Origin: Amoebophrya sp. A120
Taxonomy: Eukaryota > Protista > Dinoflagellata
DNA length: 64,000 nucleotides
Direction: 5' to 3'
Assembly: GCA_905178155.1 (NCBI GenBank)
Contig: CAJINV010000001.1
Location: 12,697,136-12,761,135 of the forward strand
The translations under genes and the position numbers were made by a program. Positions within the stretch are counted from its first letter, which is position 1. Every line of letters starts with the position of its first letter. Shown here piece by piece: positions 59,042 through 64,000 of this stretch. The notes under the pieces are model-generated. The model ran no database searches. It was not told the DNA's origin and saw nothing but the letters and a program-made list of their open reading frames with translations.

Positions 59042-61585
59042 TCACAATGCTTGATTGATGCGCGCGCTAAGCGACGGCGCTTTTGGAATCAAAGCGCCTG
59101 TTGGTCCACCTTCTCCTGAGGGAGGAGGTGGGGTGGTGTTTCTCGGGGTTTTTGTCGCTTTTCCGAGTCCAGGATCTCCCTTGGGTGGACCGGGCGGTGG
59201 TGGACCGTAACCGTATTTTCCCCCGCCGGCTGCTGGGGAAAAACCCCCTGCAACCTGCGGATTCTTCCCGGGCGGAAAGCCGTATTTGCCCGGGCCGCCG
59301 GCGGGAGAGAGATCCGCGGCCTGCTTGTTGTGCACCATCGTCCCCTTGTGCGGTGGAGCAGCACCGTAGCCGTACGGGGTCGACATAATTCCGTAGTTGT
59401 GCACACCCATAGGTGCTGGCTGGGGCTGCTGATGCGGCGGATAGGGATGCGGATGATGTACTGGCGGTGGTGGCTGATGGTGTGCTAGGTTGCTGTTGTA
59501 GGCGGGCGGTCCGTAGCTGCCTTTCTTGCCGTATAATAGTTCGGATTGCTTAATACCGCCTTTCTTTCCCCCGTCTTTCTTCCCATACAACTCCGCACGC
59601 GAAACCTCAGAGACAGCGACATTCTCAAACGGGGCCGCGGGTACCGCCAGTCCTCTGTGCTGCGTTTCTCCCATAGTACCATGCCCAGAAGAATCGTCTT
59701 CCTCGTTGACTTGCAGATAAACACTGTGCGTTCCATTGCCACTGTTTGCTGCGACAGGGGCGTTCCTATCTTCTGGCTCACCGTTCTGCTGTTCTCGCCG
59801 GAGTGCTGCTGGGTCGTGATGTGCAGAGCTGCTGAATGCGCCGCTAACATAGTTGTAGTTGTGGGAGTCATAGTACTGCCCTCCTCTGCTTTCGTATTCG
59901 CTCGCCACAGTACCGTAGCCGTTCTCCGGGATGTGCGCTGCGTGAGGATTGGCGCCTTTGCTGCCGATAGAACTAGTGGCTAGAAAGTAGTGACTCGTAT
60001 CGTCAGGAAGCGGACCTTTTTGTCCCGGTCCCGCTGCACTCCCGCCCTTGTAGCCAGGGTGTTGCTTCCCGAACGAGCTGTGATCGACTGGGTGCTGGCT
60101 TTTAGAAGTAAACTTGGAAAATGCACCCCCACTCGTTTTGTCAGCATAGTGGTGCGCCGGTGTTTCTGCGGGTCCTTTTGAAGTGCCGCTCGGATACAGG
60201 CTCGTCTTGGTACCATTCCCTTTCTTGCCGCCGAAGAAACCAGTCCCTTTATAGTTCGCAGTGCCAGCTGCCGTTCCCTTACTTCCATGCTCGCCCGTGC
60301 CCAACGCGTACTGTGCGGCAGCGGGAGCTCCCGCGTAGTCTGCCAGAAAAGCGCCCTTTAGCCCCGACGGCTTGCCGCCCTTCTTACCGGCGCTTGTTCC
60401 CTTCATTTCAGAGGCCAGACTGAAGTTCGAGTAAAAGGATCCCGCATGAAGATTTCTCGGTGTAGTTTCCTCCTCTTCTACTTCCTCCTCGCACAACATC
60501 TTTTGCGCCTTTTCCCACTCGATCTGCTGTTCCCTTTGAAACAAAAAGCCACGCACGCTCGGAAACAAGTGACAAAGCCACCACCAGGCCACGGGCTGGT
60601 CGAAGTCCTTGACGAGCGGCGGGCCGAGGCAGCTGCGCCAGAAGGGGTCGCTGCTGTAAAAAGTTCGGCGCGACAATCGCTGAAACGCCTTAGACTTCGG
60701 AGAGGGTTGGAAATCGAAGGGGCTCTCTTCTTCAACGACAACGGAGTTGTAAGGAGGGTCATCCCCCACTAGGTTTTTACTGGGCGGCTCATTTTCATCG
60801 ACTGCAGAAGCTCTCTGAGGAGGTAGCTGCTCTCCGAAATCGTTCTCCCCGATGAAGTTGTCCGCTCCTACGCGATAACCGTGGCTACTCTGGTCCTCTA
60901 TTTGGTCGACAAATATCAACTCTGGCTCGTCTTCTTCCGCGATGTGACGTGCAATTTGAGCATCTTCATGCTGACCGCTTGTCGCAGTTGCAGGCGCTTC
61001 AACTACTTCAATCTTTCGCTTCTTGGACGTGAAGGGGGATTGGGACAAAGACGACCTACTTGAAGAAGACCCTTCATCGTCACTTCGTCCTGTGTTTCTC
61101 CCAGCCACGTCGTTTCGAACATGCTCCGTTTCGACCAGGGAAGCGAGATTGCTTTCGAGGTTCCCTCTCTTCTCCGGGTTGTCAATCCTGTAGTTTCCGC
61201 CGTCGCTTTTCGTGAGATCTTGTTTTTTGTCAGCAGGACTTCCAACACGCGCGTTCTTTTCCTGTGCGGCGGGCACGGATTCGAAACTTTGCGCTGGGAT
61301 TTCAACATCGGGTTCTTCCGCATGTCTGATTGAAGGTACAACAACCGGCGCAGGTGGCTCGTCGTTGCGCTCCGCCGGGGCTTCTCTATTGCCCAGATCT
61401 TCATTGTGGCCAGCTTCTATAACATCGCGTGCTGCTGAGTCAACGCCTTCGGCACTACTAGCTGGCTGATTCGGATCGTGCTCCTGCGGCGATTCATCTA
61501 GAACTTCTTTCTGGTCGTTGTGAAGCTCTTCCGAAGAGGACAGATCCGAGATACTGTCCTCGTCGTCTGCCCGTGCCTTGCTCAT
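59042..61585 (-). CDS. Low-complexity protein (acidic N-terminus, G/P/K/Y/H-rich C-terminus)
   Basis: 847-aa uninterrupted ORF with repeated GKKG, KG and YG motifs. Confidence 0.7.
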   Translation of the reverse strand: MSKARADDEDSISDLSSSEELHNDQKEVLDESPQEHDPNQPASSAEGVDSAARDVIEAGHNEDLGNREAPAERNDEPPAPVVVPSIRHAEEPDVEIPAQSFESVPAAQEKNARVGSPADKKQDLTKSDGGNYRIDNPEKRGNLESNLASLVETEHVRNDVAGRNTGRSDDEGSSSSRSSLSQSPFTSKKRKIEVVEAPATATSGQHEDAQIARHIAEEDEPELIFVDQIEDQSSHGYRVGADNFIGENDFGEQLPPQRASAVDENEPPSKNLVGDDPPYNSVVVEEESPFDFQPSPKSKAFQRLSRRTFYSSDPFWRSCLGPPLVKDFDQPVAWWWLCHLFPSVRGFLFQREQQIEWEKAQKMLCEEEVEEEETTPRNLHAGSFYSNFSLASEMKGTSAGKKGGKPSGLKGAFLADYAGAPAAAQYALGTGEHGSKGTAAGTANYKGTGFFGGKKGNGTKTSLYPSGTSKGPAETPAHHYADKTSGGAFSKFTSKSQHPVDHSSFGKQHPGYKGGSAAGPGQKGPLPDDTSHYFLATSSIGSKGANPHAAHIPENGYGTVASEYESRGGQYYDSHNYNYVSGAFSSSAHHDPAALRREQQNGEPEDRNAPVAANSGNGTHSVYLQVNEEDDSSGHGTMGETQHRGLAVPAAPFENVAVSEVSRAELYGKKDGGKKGGIKQSELLYGKKGSYGPPAYNSNLAHHQPPPPVHHPHPYPPHQQPQPAPMGVHNYGIMSTPYGYGAAPPHKGTMVHNKQAADLSPAGGPGKYGFPPGKNPQVAGGFSPAAGGGKYGYGPPPPGPPKGDPGLGKATKTPRNTTPPPPSGEGGPTGALIPKAPSLSARINQAL

Positions 61586-62565
61586 GATGCTGGTACGAAT
61601 ACATGAAGCTTTACATCATCTATCTATCAGCGATGAAGTTGTAGGTCATCGTCGGTCTAGATCTAGAAAAACTGTCACATTTTTACCATTAGGTTGTCCT
61701 TTGTTTTCCAAACTGATAGAACATGATGAATACTGTATCAATTCTCTCGTGACGAGATCTAGGCATGATCTTCAAAAATGTTGTAAAAGCGCCTTGGTGT
61801 CGTGTGGCAGTTTCGGACGAGGACCCTTGAAGCAGTCGCGAGGTGAGGAGGACCTTGTTAAGATCGCCAGCGGTACTCTACTACGACGGACCTTCCTGTA
61901 GAACTACCCGAACCCTCTTCAAGCATGATGCTGCTGCTTGCTCTAGTTTCTGATCATCAGAATTTCAAACTGTGCTGGGTGGGCTTTCTTCTTATCTTCT
62001 AATTGTATTTCGGTTTACTCTTAACAGCTTTGAAAAGGAACAAGAAACGCCTGAGAGGTATCATTTTCTATGGATTTAGTGGCAACTGAATGCATTGGAA
62101 TTTCAATGGATTTTGTTCTGCTACAAGTCGCAGTTGCAACTTTGATTTCCGAAAGCACCAGAGTTTAGTGCACCTTCTGTTCAGAGTTCTAGGTAATGGC
62201 ACTTATTCAAATACCGCTTAGCTTCCTTTTGCAAAAAAAGACAGGCTGCAAAAAATCTTCACAAGATCGCGAAAGAGCGCAGACAATAGAAGATAGAACT
62301 GCACCTGAAAAAGCATAATGGTCGTCATACAGATCGCTCTTACTTCGGCAAAACTTTTAGAGGCGACACGATAGTTGTAGATGGAACGCATCTTTCTATG
62401 CAGGCGACCTCGCAAAAACTCCAACATCTGAGGCTGTCCTTCTCCTTTCTCGGTCCAAATTAGATCTGCTATCGTACATTATGATGATTGGCCCAAAAAA
62501 AGTGAGCTTTTCTAGTTGTATCTTTTCCCTTCCACACACTGTGGTTCTTTTCGCCTGTCCTTTGC

Positions 62566-64000
62566 TCACGCAAATCCCGCCCGCCTTCGGAGGCCGTTGA
62601 GTCGCTGCTCTTGCGCTTCTGCTTCCGCCAACGCCGTTTCGAGTTCGCGGTACTGTTGTTTCAACGTGGTTTTCCGGAGGGACGTTTGCGACAGGGAATC
62701 GTCACCGACTTCCGCCGCAAGGCGCTCGCTTAGAATTCGGACTCGATTGTTCAGCGCCGCAAGGGTTGCTGTTGAAGTTGACACAAGCATTTGCATTTCT
62801 TGCAATTTCAGACGGACGAGCACGACATCGACATGAAAAAGGAACTTATACATAGCATTTTTCTTTTTCATTCTCGAACTGTAAACCATATTAACCACAA
62901 CTCGAACTGCATTACACCATCTAGTCTTTTTCTTGCAATTACCGATCTCCTCCTCCGCGGTCGTGGGCATCCGTAGCGCCGAGCTTTCCTCTACTTCTGG
63001 AAGGAGGACCTCCACTTCTCCCCGAGTTTGCTCTACCCGATTCACCGTCGAAGCAAACTCGCTGTAGTCTGCTTCCTCAGAACCTGCAGGAATAAATCCA
63101 GTAGTGCTGGACATTGAGGCAGACGCCCGCTCATTTTCGACATCTCGGTCGACCTCCCCTGCATTCACAACGTCCAGATCCTCCAGAATCTCATCCGCAT
63201 CGGAGTCCTCCCCCGTGCCTGCGCTCTGCTTACTGGTTGTCGCAGATTCCTTGGACAACTGCTCTTGCCGGCGGCGAACCAAGCGGCGCGACCGCACAGT
63301 GCTACCGCGGCCTCCTTGGTCGGGGTCGATCTTGACCCAATAGCCAATACAAACCAGCGCTAACCCGATCAAGAGCAGTGCCTGCACGGCATAGGCCGCA
63401 AAGAGCGTGATCTGTTTTATTGTTTTATTGCGAGAATAAGAAGTCAAGTGGATCGAAGTGCGAACAAACTATACGTATAGTTTTTGTACCAGCCGACAAC
63501 CACAAAGTGATCAACAATGAAAGCGCAATTTTAGCGGCCGGCCCCAGTCCGACTACAACTACATATTTATGCGTAAATTATCCTGACGACCCCAGACGGC
63601 CGCGAAAAAACCAACCATACCAGAGTCCAGTGTTCCTCCTGCAGCACTTCCAAAAAGGACTTTTGTTCGGGCGGTGCGCCCATGTAGAGCGGGGGTGGTA
63701 GGTCGTGGCCGTGCGCGTTCCCTTTCCCGTGCGAACTGACCCCGATTGCGATGTGCGCGGAGGGCACGCCGGGCAGCGTTTGCGTGTGGTGCCACGTGTT
63801 TTTGGGCACGAAGAGGCCGTCTCCCGGGCCGAGGATCAGAGTTTCGTTGGTGTCGAGGAACCGCCACTTTTTGTAGCCAAACACCTGCACTACGAACTCG
63901 TCCATGTCGTCCGCGTGAGGGTCCAATGTTGTCTTTCCTCCTCCACCTACGGGATCACGAGATGGACCTGCTTTATTACCTGCTGTTGTCATCATGGCAC
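62566..64000 (-). CDS. JmjC/cupin-domain protein with TM helix and coiled coil; 5' end probably outside the window
   Basis: TTLDPHADDMDEFVVQVFGYKKWR...LGPGDGLFVPKNTWHHT (HxD...H triad). A phase-0 GT-AG intron 63412-63620 joins it to the TM/coiled-coil ORF. A possible second intron lies at 62799-62942. Confidence 0.75.

Noticed and set aside
1-64000. Dinoflagellate spliced-leader relics, tRNA, rRNA, snRNA or CRISPR arrays
   Set aside because: None recognised by eye. GGTTCGA hits near 1932 and 44934 lack a cloverleaf context, and there is no regular repeat-spacer array.

Overview
This is eukaryotic, intron-containing DNA, most likely from the parasitic dinoflagellate Amoebophrya (Syndiniales, strain A120-like). 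The assignment is an inference from its intron architecture. About 20 protein-coding genes form two unidirectional blocks: every gene from 1.1 to 36.4 kb is on +, and every gene from 41.0 to 64 kb is on -. The blocks converge on a 4.6-kb gene-free gap holding an AT-rich, almost GpC-free block and a 2.66-kb non-autonomous TIR element. At least 11 coding regions are interrupted by non-canonical 'introner' introns: TAT...ATA terminal inverted repeats with a 5-bp direct repeat, where removing the element plus one repeat restores the reading frame. One is a 1.35-kb foldback element with ~550-bp arms inside a DCAF7/WDR68-like gene. Many introner interiors carry repeated GCAT(G/C/T)ACA-like motifs. 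Recognisable genes are a DCAF7-like WD40 protein, a cluster of ApiAP2-like proteins, ethanolamine-phosphate cytidylyltransferase, and ankyrin, MOSC/mARC, SHOCT, FkbM-like methyltransferase and JmjC/cupin proteins. All gene models and counts were derived by hand and need RNA-seq confirmation.
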